64,000 nucleotides of DNA. It comes from Eledone cirrhosa (taxonomy: Eukaryota). Of the stretch, positions 13,626 through 28,860 are shown piece by piece. The translations under genes and the position numbers were made by a program. Under the pieces are notes generated by a model. It was not told the origin of the DNA. It did not search any database and saw only the letters and a list, made by a program, of their open reading frames with translations. The stretch spans positions 331,204,001 through 331,268,000 of the forward strand of contig OZ024740.1 in assembly GCA_964016885.1 (NCBI GenBank). The letters are read 5' to 3'. Position 1 is the stretch's first letter. Each line of letters begins with the position of its first letter.

Positions 13626-14019
13626 TTCCTTTGTCAGTGTTGAAGACATGTGCTACGATGGTTGCTAGACACTGTACGGCTTAATTCGGGATGTTTGTTT
13701 ACAAACACTCCGAGCATTATAATAAGTGTTCGGTGAATCCATACGTACATATATGTATGTGTGCATGTATGTATATATATATACATATACATACTACTGT
13801 ACGTCTGTATACATATATGTATGTACGTATACATACTTACATTTAAGTAACAGCCGTACTAAGAGTGAGAAATGAAATTTCGTTTCATTTTTTCCGTTTA
13901 TCGTTTTCGGTACCCAGGCCGATTAACTCACTCGATATGCAAATTAGGCTGCTCATCCGTTAATATTCATAAGGAAAGTATATACTTTCAAACGTTCAAC
14001 CATCTGGCAGGAAGGTATA

Positions 14020-14060
14020 CGTTGCTGACGATAGCTAATAAGCTTGAAACTAGTACAGCG
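14020..14060 (+). ncRNA. Minimal type I hammerhead ribozyme
   Basis: Identical to 13585-13625. Confidence 0.85.
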
Positions 14061-14202
14061 TTCCTTTGTCAGTGTTGAACAAATGAGCAACGATGGTTGC
14101 TAGACACTGTACGGCTTAATTCGGGATGTTTGTATACAAACACGCCGAGCATTATAATAAGTGTTCGGTGAATCCATACGTACATGTATGTATGTGTGCA
14201 TG

Positions 14203-14310
<108 letters not shown>

Positions 14311-15585
14311 CTACTGTACGTCTGTATACATATATGTATGTACGTATACATAAATAACCATTTTTACAGTCGTATGATATGATGCTACTAAATAATATTA
14401 CCCGTTCACATGCTTCAGATTGTTAAAATTCAAATGCGACAGAGCAATTTCGACTGTATGAAAGCCAATATATAATAATCTATTTTTACTCGTTTTCGTT
14501 GTTTCTTAAGTGGCAGCTTATTAATAGTATATCATTTTAAAGACCTTCAATACTGCCCCCCCGCACACACACACACACACCTATCATTGACAGAGAAAAT
14601 TGCATGCAGGGAAGGTAAGACGGCATATGTGGGTTGCAGCTAACTCGGCCTCCATTCTTTGGACGCCAAATCCCCACAAACATAATTGGATTAATTCCAG
14701 CGCATCACAATTTCGGAATGCATGGTAAACCTTTCTTATCTGCATCATCTGGTATGTTTTCATCCACCTGAAAGCCTTGCACAACTGCTCAACTGAACGC
14801 TTTGCTCAAGTGGTAAAATGGTATCAAGGCCTCTCCATATCCGGTTTCACCATATCTGTGAAAATCACAAATGGTTCTGTTCCATGGAGGTCACTTAGGG
14901 CCTTCATTCATAATCGCGGCGTTTGATTTCACGACATCAACATCATAAAGTGTATCACAGGCTTCACCTAGGAGCTCGTACCGAGGTGTTACAACGAGAG
15001 GATTGCAAAAGTCTAGATGACGAAGCTATACTTCTGTTCCATGGATTTACGCTCTTCATGCTGGAACGTAGAGTGAAATCTTTCCAATCTTTAAATGTCT
15101 AAATTCAGCAACACGCCTGTTACTTTGCATGACAAGCTGAGGATTGTGAGTTGTTGAAGTACTCGGCACTTATCAATAGGTTTAATATTGGACGTAAAAT
15201 AATGTAAACCTCTGTTGCTCTGGATATCCGAAGCTTCTCCCTTTCTATTAATGTTTGCCACTCGCAAGGATGTGCCTGTCAGGTGATCATGCTCTTTCAG
15301 CATCTCATGTTTTCTATCCTCCACGTAACGTCTGCCCGCTTAGACTATGCTATAAACCCTACCAGAGCATCTGCACATCAACGTGATCAAAGGAACTAAC
15401 GAAAATACGAGACACGTTCGCTGACTGTTTCCATTGACCAGTCGATGTACAGAGACATAGTGGAAGCCAACTAGTTTCTGAGTACGACCACTCCTTAAAC
15501 AAAGAAAAAGGACATTGTTATTGAAGTTGCTTTAGAAGGCTCATGAAATGAGGATGAGGATATGACTTGCATGTCATACCATGAA

Positions 15586-15767
15586 ATAATTGTTTCTACT
15601 TTTTGGTACAAGGCCAGCAATTACCCAGTACATTACTGGTACTTTATTTTATCGACCCCGTAAGGATGAAAGGAAAAGTTAACCTCGGTGGGATTTGAAC
15701 TCAGAATGGCAAGGGCCGTAACTCTATGCGTCAAATCGTGGCGTCCGACCCTCTACCGATACTGCCA
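15586..15767 (-). mobile_element. Meta-type SINE
   Basis: A box, B box, core and tail as in the other copies. Confidence 0.88.
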
Positions 15768-17640
15768 TAAAATAATACCTCTATACCCTCCTATATACAC
15801 ACATACATACAGGATTCATATATACATACATGATGGCTGCCCCCTCGTTATCGAGTATGGCCATTGCACGATATACCATTATTTATAATTATTAATCAAT
15901 TCTATCGTGCAATGCCTGGGCAGGAAGATTTTTTTTAAGTGAGGAAAGACTGTGCACTGAGCCAAACCCACTCTCTGAACGACAGTAGCTATAACCCCAA
16001 AAGAAGAAAAGATCAACATCATCGGTAACTACTGAGCTGCAGGTTTTATGTCAGAGTCATCCCAGTTGCATGAGTTGACTACTCCTTGAAGAATGCCATG
16101 AAAAACTCTAGGGGTGCTTCACTCCCTGTGATTTAACCACGCGATCGGGTATCCAGCCCAACTATTTCTCTGTCCCCGCGCATATACATACACATGCACA
16201 CATGCATACGCATGCACACATGCATACACATGTACACGCACACATGCATACGCATGCACATATGCTTCACATATATACATATGCATACATATGTACATGT
16301 GTATATACATATGTGCATGTGTATATATATGTTTACAGATTTTGGATGGTCGTGATGCTTATGTGTTCTCCCGCCGTTTGTCAGGTTTTGTTTTTTGTCC
16401 TTCAGGGTGTCAAAAATCACCTTCCTCACAAAGTACACTTGGTGGGTTGCTGGTTTAGACGCCGACCATGCGGTAGGCTGTACTGTGCTACAAGTAGCAC
16501 TCAAGAGTGACCTGACATGCATATATACACACATACATATTTACATACATACTAACATTCATACATTCATACTTACATACTAGATGAATATTGCCGTTGT
16601 CAGTCATGTTTTATTTTAGGCATATTTGGAATTCAAAATGAGAGATTGGCGTTAGGCCGTTGCGGACGATGTCAGTTTCCAAAAAATGTTGAGTTATCGT
16701 TTACATCTTAATACGTATGATCAAGACAAGTGATGTCGGTAATAAAAGATTAAAACATATTAACTACAACATATGAGAATCATTTTAATTTGAACTGTTC
16801 TATGAGAGCAGTTTATATTTTTCTCTAAACTCTACATTTTATCAAAATTAATGTTTGGTTCATTATGTAATGAGTCGTAGCTTAATGTCACAAGCAATTG
16901 TATTTTTGCTACTCGTTATATCATTCACTGCTGTGTTAATGCAATCTTTATTTAGTCCTCGAAGTGCAGTAGCTAGCTGCAGAACTGGTTTCAAAGCACA
17001 CTCTAACTGCTAAAAAAAATAAAACAAAACAATCATAGATATAAAAACGTAGGATGGCTATTACTGGATAGCCTTTGATCATACATCCGCAAGAACATGG
17101 CTGACTTAGCCCTATTACATAACTTTATAATAATATTCTATTAGAGAAAAATACGAAGCCGGTGCAAATTTAATTGTATATACAAAGTGAAAACAAATAA
17201 AATATTACCAGAAATTTGCAACGCTGTGCTTATTTTTGCATGGCTCAATGGTCTAATGGGATTTAGGGATTAAATGTAAATAAGTATGCATCTTTTTTTA
17301 CATAATTCATGGTTACGAAAAACAAATAAAATTAACAAATAACTGTAATTTTCTATGCAAAAAGGTTTTGAAAATTTTTGATAGAAAATTAGTTGGGATA
17401 ATTTTCTTTCCATTTGCCGGGAATATATGTTGCTGCAGATAAAACTCTTGAAGAAAATCAGAAAAGAAATACAAAGTATATAAAGGAATTATGATTAATA
17501 GGTTCAAAAATATTCAGAAAAAAATAAGAATTTATAACAAAGTATCACAATGAGAAAATTATTTTTATCACTAGCTTATGTGGGTTGGAGGAATTATTCA
17601 TTGATTAAACACATAGACATGATACGAAGCACATACATAT

Positions 17641-17721
17641 ATACGCAAGGTCTTACGCCTAAATATATTGAAATATAATGTATAGTGAAACAGTTTAATG
17701 TACACACACACACACACACTC

Positions 17722-17809
<88 letters not shown>

Positions 17810-17892
17810 GTATATATATGAGTGTGTGTATACATGACACTGTTTCACTGTACATTATATTTCAATATATTTAGGCGTAAGACCATGCGTAT
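17641..17892. repeat. About 50-bp inverted repeat enclosing a (CA)/(TA)n tract
   Basis: cgcaaggtcttacgcctaaatatattgaaatataatgta... versus ...tacattatatttcaatatatttaggcgtaagaccatgcg. Confidence 0.85.
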
Positions 17893-18037
17893 TTCCAGCA
17901 TAGTTACGTCCCTTTACGGTTTGAGTTCAAATTCCGCCGATGTTAACTTTGCCTTTCATCCTTACGGGGTCGATAAAATAAAGTACCAGTAATGTACTGG
18001 GTAATTGATGGCGCTGTGCCAAATGTAGAAACAATTA
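17893..18037 (+). mobile_element. Meta-type SINE, 5'-truncated
   Basis: gagttcaaattcc...gcctttcatccttacggggtcgataaaataaagtaccag...tagaaacaattat. Confidence 0.85.
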
Positions 18038-18071
18038 TGTCTATGTGTTTAATCAATGAATATACACACAC

Positions 18072-18215
<144 letters not shown>

Positions 18216-19499
18216 GGTGTGTGTGTGTGTTTGACTGGAAAGTATTAATTAGCAGTAGTAATAACATAGCGTGCTTCACAATAAAGTGTGTAGGCTGATA
18301 TCAAATGAGAAACTAAACATATTGATTCAGTTTGAATGAAATCTATCACTCATAGGGCAGGGTCTTGGTTTGATTGACATACGGGGAAACCTATAAGGAA
18401 AAGAGAATATGTGATGAGACATCACAGGTAAAGAAGGGGAATTTGGGGGATGAAATATGACAAACAGATGTATTACGAGATTGAGGATTTCATAAGGAAT
18501 ATTTGTATATATAAATCAATATTCTGGTACCGTTGGTAAGATTGATGTCTGCTATCTATCGTATGTTGTATAACGTTAATGCTTAATGATTTATTGTGAA
18601 ATAATGTGTTGCCAGTTCCGAGACATCGTCCTTTAATATGAGTCAAAAGTAAATATATGATTATGTTCATATAGAAGAATATTGTGTGCTTTATTGGGTG
18701 AGTATTTTCGTTGCGTGTTGTAAGTGCGTGTTGTGACAGAGTTAGGTAGTAAAATAGTTCTAAAGTAGGTTAATAGATAAATTTAAGTGATGTTGAGGGC
18801 ATGTTGTATAAGCCTTTCTTTGGCTATAAACTTTGGTTGGCTATTCTGAATTACTATATATATTAGTGGTGACGTTATACCTATCATTGTATATGGCCTA
18901 TTCAATAGGAAATATTTTGATAATGTAGACGCAATTGTGTTGCACTTTTTAGTATGCCTTTAGTTTTATGAGTATACCTTCTATCACTATTGTTGAGGGA
19001 TATAATTGTTAATGTTTTGTGTATATGCCCTAATATATATGTAACTCGTAAAAGAAAAAAAATGTTTTCATTACTGTATTAATCCAATACCTGAGTTAGT
19101 TTACAGAATGTACATGGACATGTTAGTTTATAGAATGTACATGTAAAGCGCCGTTTCATTGTGGTTGTTAATATTGTACTCTTGTGTACGGATATCAGAT
19201 TCATATGCATAACTTCAATTTGGCGTTCGTATCTATTCCTAACTATAATTATTCATTCAAGCGATCGAAATGCGGTTTATGCGAAAGATATTCTAATAAT
19301 ACATGATAGATTGCGCAGCCAGACATCACGTCTCGTTACAGGTAGAGTTGCTACTTCTCCAAGCCGAAAGATCACATCTCTGCTAATATGGATGTGTGTT
19401 TATATTTTCTAAGGAAAGAATATCTGAGTAGGTTAAACGGCAGGAGACACATCACTGAGCTCGTTTGGTCTCACGACCTTCGTAGGATAAGGAAGCAAA

Positions 19500-19723
19500 G
19501 AAGAAGAAGAAGAAGAAGAAGAAGAAGAAGAAGAAGAAGAAGAAGAATAAGAAGAAGAAGAAGAAGAAAAAGAAGAAGAAGAAGAAGAAGAAGAAGTAGA
19601 AGAAGAAGAAGAAGAAGAAGAAGAAGAAGAAGAAGAAGAAGAAGAAGAAGAAGAAGAAGAAGAAGAAGAAGAAGAAGAAGAAGAAGAAGAAGAAGAAGAA
19701 GAAGAAGAAGAAGAAGAAGAAGA
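19500..19723. repeat. (AAG)n microsatellite
   Basis: Direct reading; explains the poly-Arg ORF. Confidence 0.97.
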
Positions 19724-20844
19724 AACAGTTATATTCGTGGTTATCTGGATGTGTGCGATGCGGAGGATATCGTTATGGTGTGCATTGTATTATAAGGTCA
19801 CAAAAATCAGTGCCTTATGAATAGATAAGAGAGTCTACAATTTTAGAGACAAACCATATATAAATGCCATGCAAATATTAAAAGCCGTGTTAGAATAATT
19901 ACATCACATTGTATGCTGATCACTTGGCCTGAAACATATTTAAGCTATAAAAACAGATTCGGATAGAAATGCATTTGTGAAACCCATATACAATTTGGAC
20001 GTTTACATTCGATTAATGTTTCTGAGAATAATAACAGACACAAATACAACTAAATATATTGTTATAGCTATAAGGAAAGACTCTGATGACAATGATGACG
20101 TTTATGAATTACAGTTATGGAGAAAATATTGTAGCATTTTGAAACCGTAAGATAATTTATGAAAGACATACCACTCATAATCAGTTAGGCAAAGAAAATA
20201 GGCGCCTTGTCAATTGTGTGACGTGTTTTGACAATCAACACCGAAAATGTATCTGAATTAAAAAGTTGCCAGCATATATACATATATTCTTTCAACCTAG
20301 TTAACGTTATTTGGAAAATATAATCACGATTTACTGATGCAAACATAAGTTGCACATTACAAATATTGATTCATTAGATTTGTTTCAGATAAGCTCAATT
20401 AATATGTTGCATCATAATATGGTATAACATTTGGACCGTCCTAAAATCAGAAAAGATAATCCACAGAATATTTGTCACGAAACGTCTGCGTCCATCAGGT
20501 ACACAAACAATTGACACTGATGTTCTTGAATCTTTTTCTAATAGCAATGACCATGGTGTACTACGAATTGTTGATGTTTGATTGAAAAGGCGTTGTAGTA
20601 GAAATTGTAATTTGAGGTTATATCTGTGCAAAATATCAGGCTAATCAACAATTTGTAATTAAGGGTCCACATACTTCCATGTTTATAACGCTGGAATAAA
20701 TTATTCAGAAAACTAATCGACTTGAAATTAAGTTTCAAAAATGTAATCTTAGATATATATACGTTGAAACTGCTGCAAACAATTAACGAGTGAGAAACAC
20801 AACCAAATAAAAAATAATTGCTCAGAGGAATATGATAAACGCAT

Positions 20845-20920
20845 AATAATTGTTTCTACTTTAGGCACAAGGCCAGCAATTACCCAGTGCATTACTGGTA
20901 CTTTATTTTATCGACCCCGT
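20845..20920 (-). mobile_element. Meta-type SINE 3' fragment
   Basis: Tail and half of the core only. Confidence 0.8.
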
Positions 20921-21052
20921 AGTTAAAACAATGAGAATAATATACGTCATCCCAAATAAAAGTATTAGTAATTTAAAATGTAGTTTGTGCAGTAGTAGTT
21001 GATATCTATGATAAAGACGCATAGAAGCTTAAATGGTTTGCAGGTGTAGACA

Positions 21053-21244
21053 ATAATTGTTTCTACGTTAGGAACAAGGCCAGCAATTATCCAGTGTATT
21101 ACTGGTACTTTATTTTATCGACCCCGTAAGGATGAAAGGCAAAGTTAACCTCGGCGGGATTTGAACTCAGAATGGCAAGGGCTGTAACTCTATGCGCCAA
21201 AGCATGGCATCCGACACTCTACCAATATTTCCAATCCACCGCCT
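21053..21244 (-). mobile_element. Full-length Meta-type SINE with 20-bp TSD
   Basis: TTGCAGGTGTAGACAATAAT at 21038-21057 and 21244-21263. Confidence 0.92.
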
Positions 21245-21539
21245 TGCAGGTGTAGACAATAATGCAATAAAATTAGTTTCCGCAATTATCATATGCCAAT
21301 AATATGACTACACAGAGATATAGTATTCACTAGAAATAGTAGTAATTCTTTATTATGTATAGAAAATAATTATATAATTTTAACCTTAGGACTAAAACAA
21401 GTGTGCGTATGTCCAAAATTTAAATACACTAGAAATATAGAAAACATGTATTTTTTGTGAAAATGACGAAATTTAGTGAAATAACAAGCAGTAAATTGTC
21501 AAGCAAAGATATAATTCGAAAATATTATATTATGGACTG

Positions 21540-21715
21540 TAAGTATCGGTAGAGGGTCGGGCGCCATGCTTTCCAGCACAGTTGTCTCCCTTTATGGTCT
21601 GAGTTAAAATCCTGCCGAGGTTAACTTTGCCTTTCATCCTTACGGGGTCGATAAAATAAAGTACCAGTAATGTACTGGTTAATTGCTGGCCTTGTACCAA
21701 AAGTAGAAACAATTA
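21540..21715 (+). mobile_element. Meta-type SINE
   Basis: gtatcggtagagggtcgg...gagttaaaatcc...core...agtagaaacaattat. Confidence 0.88.
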
Positions 21716-22018
21716 TATTATGAAGTCTATGAGAGTGAAGATTCCACAAATAATAAGTAATATTATTTAGAAAAGTAAAAGCGGATATACAAAATATACT
21801 CAGGAATGCCTGAGAAGTATAGGAACCATAAATCTGTACACTTATATGTTTTTATAACCCTTTCCTGTTGTTAAGAACCGACAAAAATCTGGAATGAAGC
21901 AAAAACAGACGACGGAATATGTGGAAGAAATGTCGGGTCAATCAAACAAATTGATGGAACCTGTTACTGTTACACTCATACACAAACCCCCACGTATATA
22001 CACACACACACAAACACC

Positions 22019-22051
<33 letters not shown>

Positions 22052-22052
22052 A

Positions 22053-22098
<46 letters not shown>

Positions 22099-23006
22099 GC
22101 GCTGAAACTTAAGTTTAAGTTAACAATATATATATTTATGCATGTGAGGGATTAAGTGCATATGTATGTGAAGGCGGGTGCATCTGTATGTGCGTGTGCT
22201 TGGGTGGGTGTGTATCTGAAAGTTGAGTGAGAGACTGACAGAGAAAGGGAGGAAGAGTGTTTGCAAAGCTAGTAGACTTGAAATTCTTCCAGAATTGAGC
22301 AAAATGTATATAAATGTGTTCGTAAAATTATATATTATGAAGAGTCTGGATGAAAAACATTGACTATATTTTGACAAATCACAATTCATATAGAAAGGCA
22401 AAGTGATTGATGTAATTCTCTGAGTTAATACGCACAAACCTCATTTGGGAATGCAATGCATAATTATTTATGCATCAACTTCAACGGCTGACAATATATC
22501 TCCTCAGGAGCTGGTGTATCAATCATATTATATGGACCTTAGAATAGTGATATGTAGAATAAAGGTAGGAATATTCTCATATTAATGTGAGACATAAATT
22601 GTAGAGGTGTAAATAGAAACACACAAAACAAGAATGCCCTGCTTTAAACAGGTATATGCATCGACAATCCCGCAACTTGGCTCCATAAATCTTATACGCA
22701 GTGCATTCCTAATACATTACAAGAAAACACGTATATATATTCCAGACTGTGCATACTCAATAAACGTTGCTTGTGCTTTAAAGCCACATATCAACAGAGC
22801 TATTGAATTTATAGTTAAACTATTTACAATCTACCACGATACTTTTATGACAGTGTTGTAGATATTTATGACTATAGAAATCATTACAAGATTTAAAATT
22901 TTAAATCGTTACATTATATATGGAAATACCACGAAATAACTAATAGTTGTTCAAATGTATTTATTAGATCCACCCACACACACATATATATAGTATATAT
23001 ATTTAT

Positions 23007-23069
<63 letters not shown>

Positions 23070-23073
<4 letters not shown>

Positions 23074-24720
23074 ACGGAACACCCGCCAATCTCCTTAGAG
23101 TCGAACAAAGAACCATCTTCATCTTACAGACCCACACTCCCCCCAGCCTGAACTCCCCACCCTTATTCCTTTAGACTTTGACCGCCCCCTCCCCCCACAC
23201 ATATCCCCCACTAACACCACTAACATGCCCCTCCTTTTCACCGCCCACCCCACAACTAACAATACTAACACCTCCACTCCACCCCTCATCCGACCACCCT
23301 TCCCCAACTAACATACTAACATCCCTAACTTCTTCTCCCCCCCCCTCCTTATCACACGCACACACCCACCGGCACATATATACACGCGCTCACACTAAAC
23401 ACACACCCTACTACCACCACTAACCCTCACCCCCACACCTCCATCCCACCACCCCGCAACTAACCTCACTAAGACCCCCTGACCCCAAGCACATGAACAC
23501 ACGCACCCACTTACACCACCCACCCCACACGCAACTAACATCACTAATACAACCCCCCCCAACCCCACGCACATGTACCCACACACCCTCGTACACCACC
23601 AACTCTACACACCCTACCACCACTAACCCCCACCCACACCTGCATTCAACCCTTTCCCCACCTCCTGTATACTAACACCCACTAACACCCCCTTCATCAA
23701 ACTACACACACACCAGTACACCACACTCCCTCCATCGAACTACATACACCCTTCTCTCCCCGCTCCACCCACACCCTCGCCCCACACTCACTCATCCCAC
23801 TAACACCTCTACTAATACACACACACACCCTCCTCACTCCAACTTTCACACCTACCCATCCTCGCCCCTTTACCATTCCACCCGACTGCTGCTATGCCCT
23901 CTGACCACCTCCCAGCACAAACAGACACACAGCACTCCCACCGCCTTGACAACTTCCTGTTGCGCGCGCACCCCACATCTCTCCTCTTCCGACCATCTCT
24001 TCATGGAATACTCGTATGTGGAACTTGACCACCGCGGAATCTACTAACATCATAGGAATTTACCAACATTTCAACCATCCTCTTACGGAATCACCTATAT
24101 AACTCACCCACACACACACCCAAAATTTTTTTTTTCTCCCACACGCCACCTACACCCACAACAAGCTTAAACCCCACACACACGTGCTTTCCACCACATA
24201 TTTACACCCTCAGCCTCCTGATTCCTCTTCCCCCATCCCTCTATCCACACAGACACTCCGACCTACACCCCCCACATACACCTCTTCCTGAACATGCAAC
24301 CCCGTTCTTCCCCCAACCCTTGCTTTCACATACACACACACGTACACCTACACACACACACCACCTTCAACCCTCCCCGCTCGGACACCCTGTCTCCCTC
24401 TCCACCCGCCACCACCCCTACACACCCACACCCTTCCACCACCTGTTTTACTCCTTTTTAGTTTCAGTTTATTTTGATCATGCTTTTATATTTATTTTTA
24501 TTTCATTCCTTTTATTTTGATCATGCTTTATTTTTATTTTTATATTTAATTTCATTCGCACCGTCTCCTTTCGCTATATGCCTCTCCACCCCCCCCCCTA
24601 CACATCCTTTGAACTCTGTTCCCACACACTTCTCACCTGAGGAAGGGCTTATGCACTCTCCAGAGCGTGAAATTAATAAACATTCGTTGTACTGCCTCTC
24701 TGTTTTGTTCCTGTTCAAAT
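23070..24720 (+). mobile_element. Probable Penelope-like 3' end: last codons of the GIY-YIG domain followed by a long C/A-rich low-complexity UTR with a decayed hammerhead
   Basis: LRVEQRTIFILQTHTP at about 23096 resembles the PLE endonuclease tail (EQxxIFxLxTxxPxGLN); CTGAGGA...GAAATTAATA at about 24637-24678. Confidence 0.5.
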
Positions 24721-24949
24721 TTTTCCATTATATATATATATATATAGCTTTTACACCTATTCAAAATTGTAAATAGTTAGGTATTTAATTAATTAACTTA
24801 AATGTCCATATGAATGAAATAATAGAATGATATTATACAAAAATCAATAAAATAGATGCTCTTCGTGATGTTTTTCCTGCTAAATATTTTGGTTGATTCT
24901 ATGAAACAACAGCTCGTATTAACGGTTGATCGACCTAGAAAATTAAAAT

Positions 24950-27600
24950 GGGATTAATATTTTATTTTAGTAATTCTGATAATTTTACTTGAAATATATA
25001 ATCGCATACACATTATGAGTGTTCTCCACACAAACAAAAGGCTGCTTCCAGTAAGCATACTTGTCACTATAGAGATTTAGGGGATGTAGATAACGCTTTA
25101 CGTTGATAACTGAATCTTTGTTTGCCTGACATTCAGTAGCACATATATGACGAATTATTCGCGAGAATGCGTAGTTAAATTTTGAAATTTTAATTTCAAA
25201 ACTTCGCAAATTTTACCACTTTTCTCTAGCATTATTTAACTGTACTTTTACTATATTCGACATTTTCCATTGAATTCGTATGATATAGTGTTTAAATTAT
25301 TGTTGTTATTTTATCATTTTCAAATAAAATATAATCTATAATTAAAGAATGTTTCAATTGTAATTAACAAAACTAATTTCCATTGATTGAAGTGTTCCCA
25401 TATCATATAAACTATTATAAATAAAGGGACTTTGCTCATCGTATTCATAGTCGAATTTCAATATGTTATCATTCTGTAACATGCTACAATACATACTATA
25501 TAATAATGACATTTATGCATTTCATAATATCCCGAATATTCTAAGAACTTCCATATCCTAACCACCCGACAAAATTTGACCCACCTGAACAAGCTACCCG
25601 TTGGGAATATGCTATGAGTTAATTAAATTTGCCTTTCATCCTTACAGGGTCGATGAAATAAAGTACCAGTAATACACTAATTTATTGCTGGCCTTGTGCC
25701 AAAAGTTTAAACAATTATTAATTGTTTCTTTTTTAAACTTTCTATTATTTTATATGTTAAGGACTCGGATGATGTTTATATAAACGATGTGTTTTTATTT
25801 GAATATAGATGGTAGCCATGTACTTTTTATCGATAATATTGTTAATAAATGAGCAGCAGATAATTCTTTTCCGTGGGACATCATAAAAGAAATCATCTTA
25901 GTTGATTGCGGAAATTGCCAAAAACAGGAAGATAGGCAATGCGTAACAATATCCAACAACCACATAATAACCGAGAATTTCATATCATTTTAACGTATAT
26001 TTTCACGTGTTTATACGATAATAATTGATATTTTGCGTTAGTTTACAGATTTACATTTTTGAAAACATTTTGGCAGTGAGAATCTTCTCATGATCTTTCC
26101 TAAACAGATATATAAATACATTTATTGCTATTAATAATTGCTTAATTATATATAACGTACGGCATTGATAACTAGTAGATTCGAGAAAATATATTATATA
26201 TTAAGGGTGTTTTAAAAAGTAGGTATTTCGCTCATTTTGTAGCAATCTATAAAGTTGCATGGATGTTTTCCTTTATAGTGACCATCATTAGACATCTCGC
26301 TTTTAGAATGTTATATATAATGCTAAACGGATCTGTTTTACAAGATAAAATTGAAAAATAATTAAACACGGAGAATCTTATGGAAGTCATTGAAGTAGAT
26401 TATTTGAAAATAATCGAAATGCATCTGGTTTTTAATGTTGGTTTACAAGGATAAAGATAGTGCAATGATGGAAGATATTTTAAATAGAAAGTTCAGTTCA
26501 TGACAAGCGATGTTATCAACTAATGTATTTCTCTCGGTGATTATTTTATTTCTATGGATTGTAGAAAAAAATAAACATTTTATAACCAATTTGAAATAGT
26601 TTTCTTCATTCGAATTTTGAACTAAGCTTCTAAGATTTAAAAATATTTCTCCTCTCTCAGCCAAGTTATAGGTTTACCATAACTGTTTTATAACACAATA
26701 GTTTAATTAGTAGAATAATAGTCCTTATGATCTGGTTGAATGATATATATATTTATGAGCTTTTGATAGGTTTATTGTATGATAAACCATCCATAGATAC
26801 GGATGCTTTAGTAATTTAATTATATTATTAAATAGCTTTAATATTAATTCTTGCATTACATTCAATGTTTTATTAATGATTAAATTTGTTATTTCCATTG
26901 ATCCATTAGTAGATTCTACTTTGAAGCTGATAATGATTTCCGTTAACTATACCATTATCATTGCGATAATTTATTAACGGTTCTTGTTTTATTTTAAATA
27001 TTTTTTATTCATCATTGAATTGTTTGTATTCCATATATCAAACATTGTTGCCATATTAGTTTACTTACCCCCAATATATTTTCTACTTGTTTCGCTTTTA
27101 TCTTAATGTTTGAAATGCTTTAAATATATCATGTTCAGAATATATAGGAGGGCATTTACATTGTTTGTTTATTTTTTGTATAAGTACATATGTTGATAAT
27201 TTCTATTCTCCATTTCATGATGCTTTAATATAATTGAAACAATTATTTGGATTAAAATTTAGAATATTTAATTTTTGTTCAGTGTTCAATTTTTGTTCGG
27301 TTTTCAATTTTCTGAAATATTTGTAGTCATGTTTTTAATTTATTTAGTTGATTGTATATTACAAATTTTGTTATGAGGTGATGATAAGAATTCCAAATAA
27401 TTAGTGATATTTTTACAGTCTATCTTCTGAAATCGATATTTACATACTTTCAATTCGATAGTTTATGATTAGAGATTTCTTCCTTGAAAGAATAATTATA
27501 TTGAAAATACAGATGACATGGTTACATTCGGCGACATATTTCATAGACAAATATTCATTTATATATTTAAGCAGAGGATGATAACGAAAATCATAAATCA
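24950..27600 (-). mobile_element. Possible very old Penelope-like remnant
   Basis: Weak motifs only: GEIFLNLRSLVQNSNEENYF (ORF 26443-26664) and VIYI...YTG near 25.1 kb; boundaries are guesses. Confidence 0.3.
25615..25719 (+). mobile_element. Meta-type SINE 3' half
   Basis: tttgcctttcatccttacagggtcgatgaaataaagtaccag...aaacaattatt. Confidence 0.8.
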
Positions 27601-28249
27601 TCATTAGTTATGCTTCTATTATCAAAATGTGTGAATGGTGGGTATTTTTTATTCTACATGTAAACAGAAATATTTATTTAGAGTCTGTAAGAAGTATTTT
27701 CATTTTATGTGTTTTCTTTTTTTTCTTTTTTTTCTTGTATTAGAAAACCAAAACAGTTGGCATTAATTAACATTACAATAAATGAAAATTACATTTCGAG
27801 AGAGTGAATTTCTGAGAATTATTTTACGTTCCTTATTATCGCTATATGCCCCCACCCCTCCCGTTTTACATGAAATAGATTTAATTTAAAGCATATCGAT
27901 TGTTTTTCATTATAGACATACAGGCATTAAGACCTGTGACACTTATTTAAATTGAAGGCAACTTTCATCTTCATTCTCCTCACATCTATACCAACAGTAT
28001 ACAAACCAACTTGCTGACGAGTGGGTTTGCGATGGCTAAATCTACGCTAGTTTCACTCGATGCATCATCCTATTTTTCTGACGACATAAAGCAGTAATTC
28101 TCTTATGAATCTTCCGTCCCTAGTTTGATATTCACTATGTCAGGTCCTCTGTCGGTCTTTCTCGAACTGAGGACATAAGATATCGTTCAAAGATTTTAAT
28201 AATCACAAATGTAATTGTTGTGCCCATTTTGTTATTTTTAACTCAGTAA

Positions 28250-28860
28250 AGGAAGAAACCAGTAATGTGGTTCTCCCTTACATTCCTTCACAATGATACG
28301 CCCAACGTAAGGAGAAAATACTTAGACCATACTTACAAGCACTTCCCCATAGACCATAAGCAAATACACATGTTTAACTGACATTGATGGAAAATCCGCT
28401 ACTTATGCATCTAAAGCACGAAAGGACGAATTAACAACAATCGCAAAAGCGTTCACACAGCAGAAAGGTAGAATCACACCTCTTGTTAAGCAGTGAAATA
28501 CACCAGCTTTGGCTTTTAAAACCAAAGTAACCTCCAGCCAACCTAATCAGCATCAGGCCGTCAATATATGTGTGAGTATGTCAGAATGTCGTTACAAAAG
28601 CCGATTCTTAAACCTCGAAATAACCTTTTCACATCAGGATAAACGTGCACCAACGAACCTAGCAACTCATCTTTGGTCCCTCAGAATGCTGGTGCAGACT
28701 TCGCCATTAAACAGAAAATCATGAATAGATCAACCCCTTACAAAAAGAGTAAGTAATCATGGAAAGTATGCAACAATGACAGATGTAATGATTTAAGTCT
28801 TATACATGGTACGGAAACACTTCTAAATACGAGGGCCGACTTTTCAGCCGTTTTCTGCAT
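28250..28860 (+). mobile_element. Penelope-like element linker and GIY-YIG remnant
   Basis: KYLDHTYKHFPIDHKQIHMFN and CVSMSECRYKSRFLN...FSHQDKRAPTNLATHLWSLR match the PLE motifs KHFPxxHxLHKIFN and YIGxTExxFKxRxxNHxxSF...TxLSxHIWxLK. Confidence 0.65.

Noticed and set aside
15830-16520. Possible exon or LINE 5' UTR fragments between microsatellites
   Set aside because: No recognisable protein motif or supported splice structure
18470-19060. Possible minus-strand GIY-YIG tail (KIFPIE...PKKGLYN)
   Set aside because: Too degraded to support as a feature
24630-24690. Functional hammerhead at CTGAGGA...GAAATTAATA
   Set aside because: Stem I does not pair and stem II is poor; treated as a relic only
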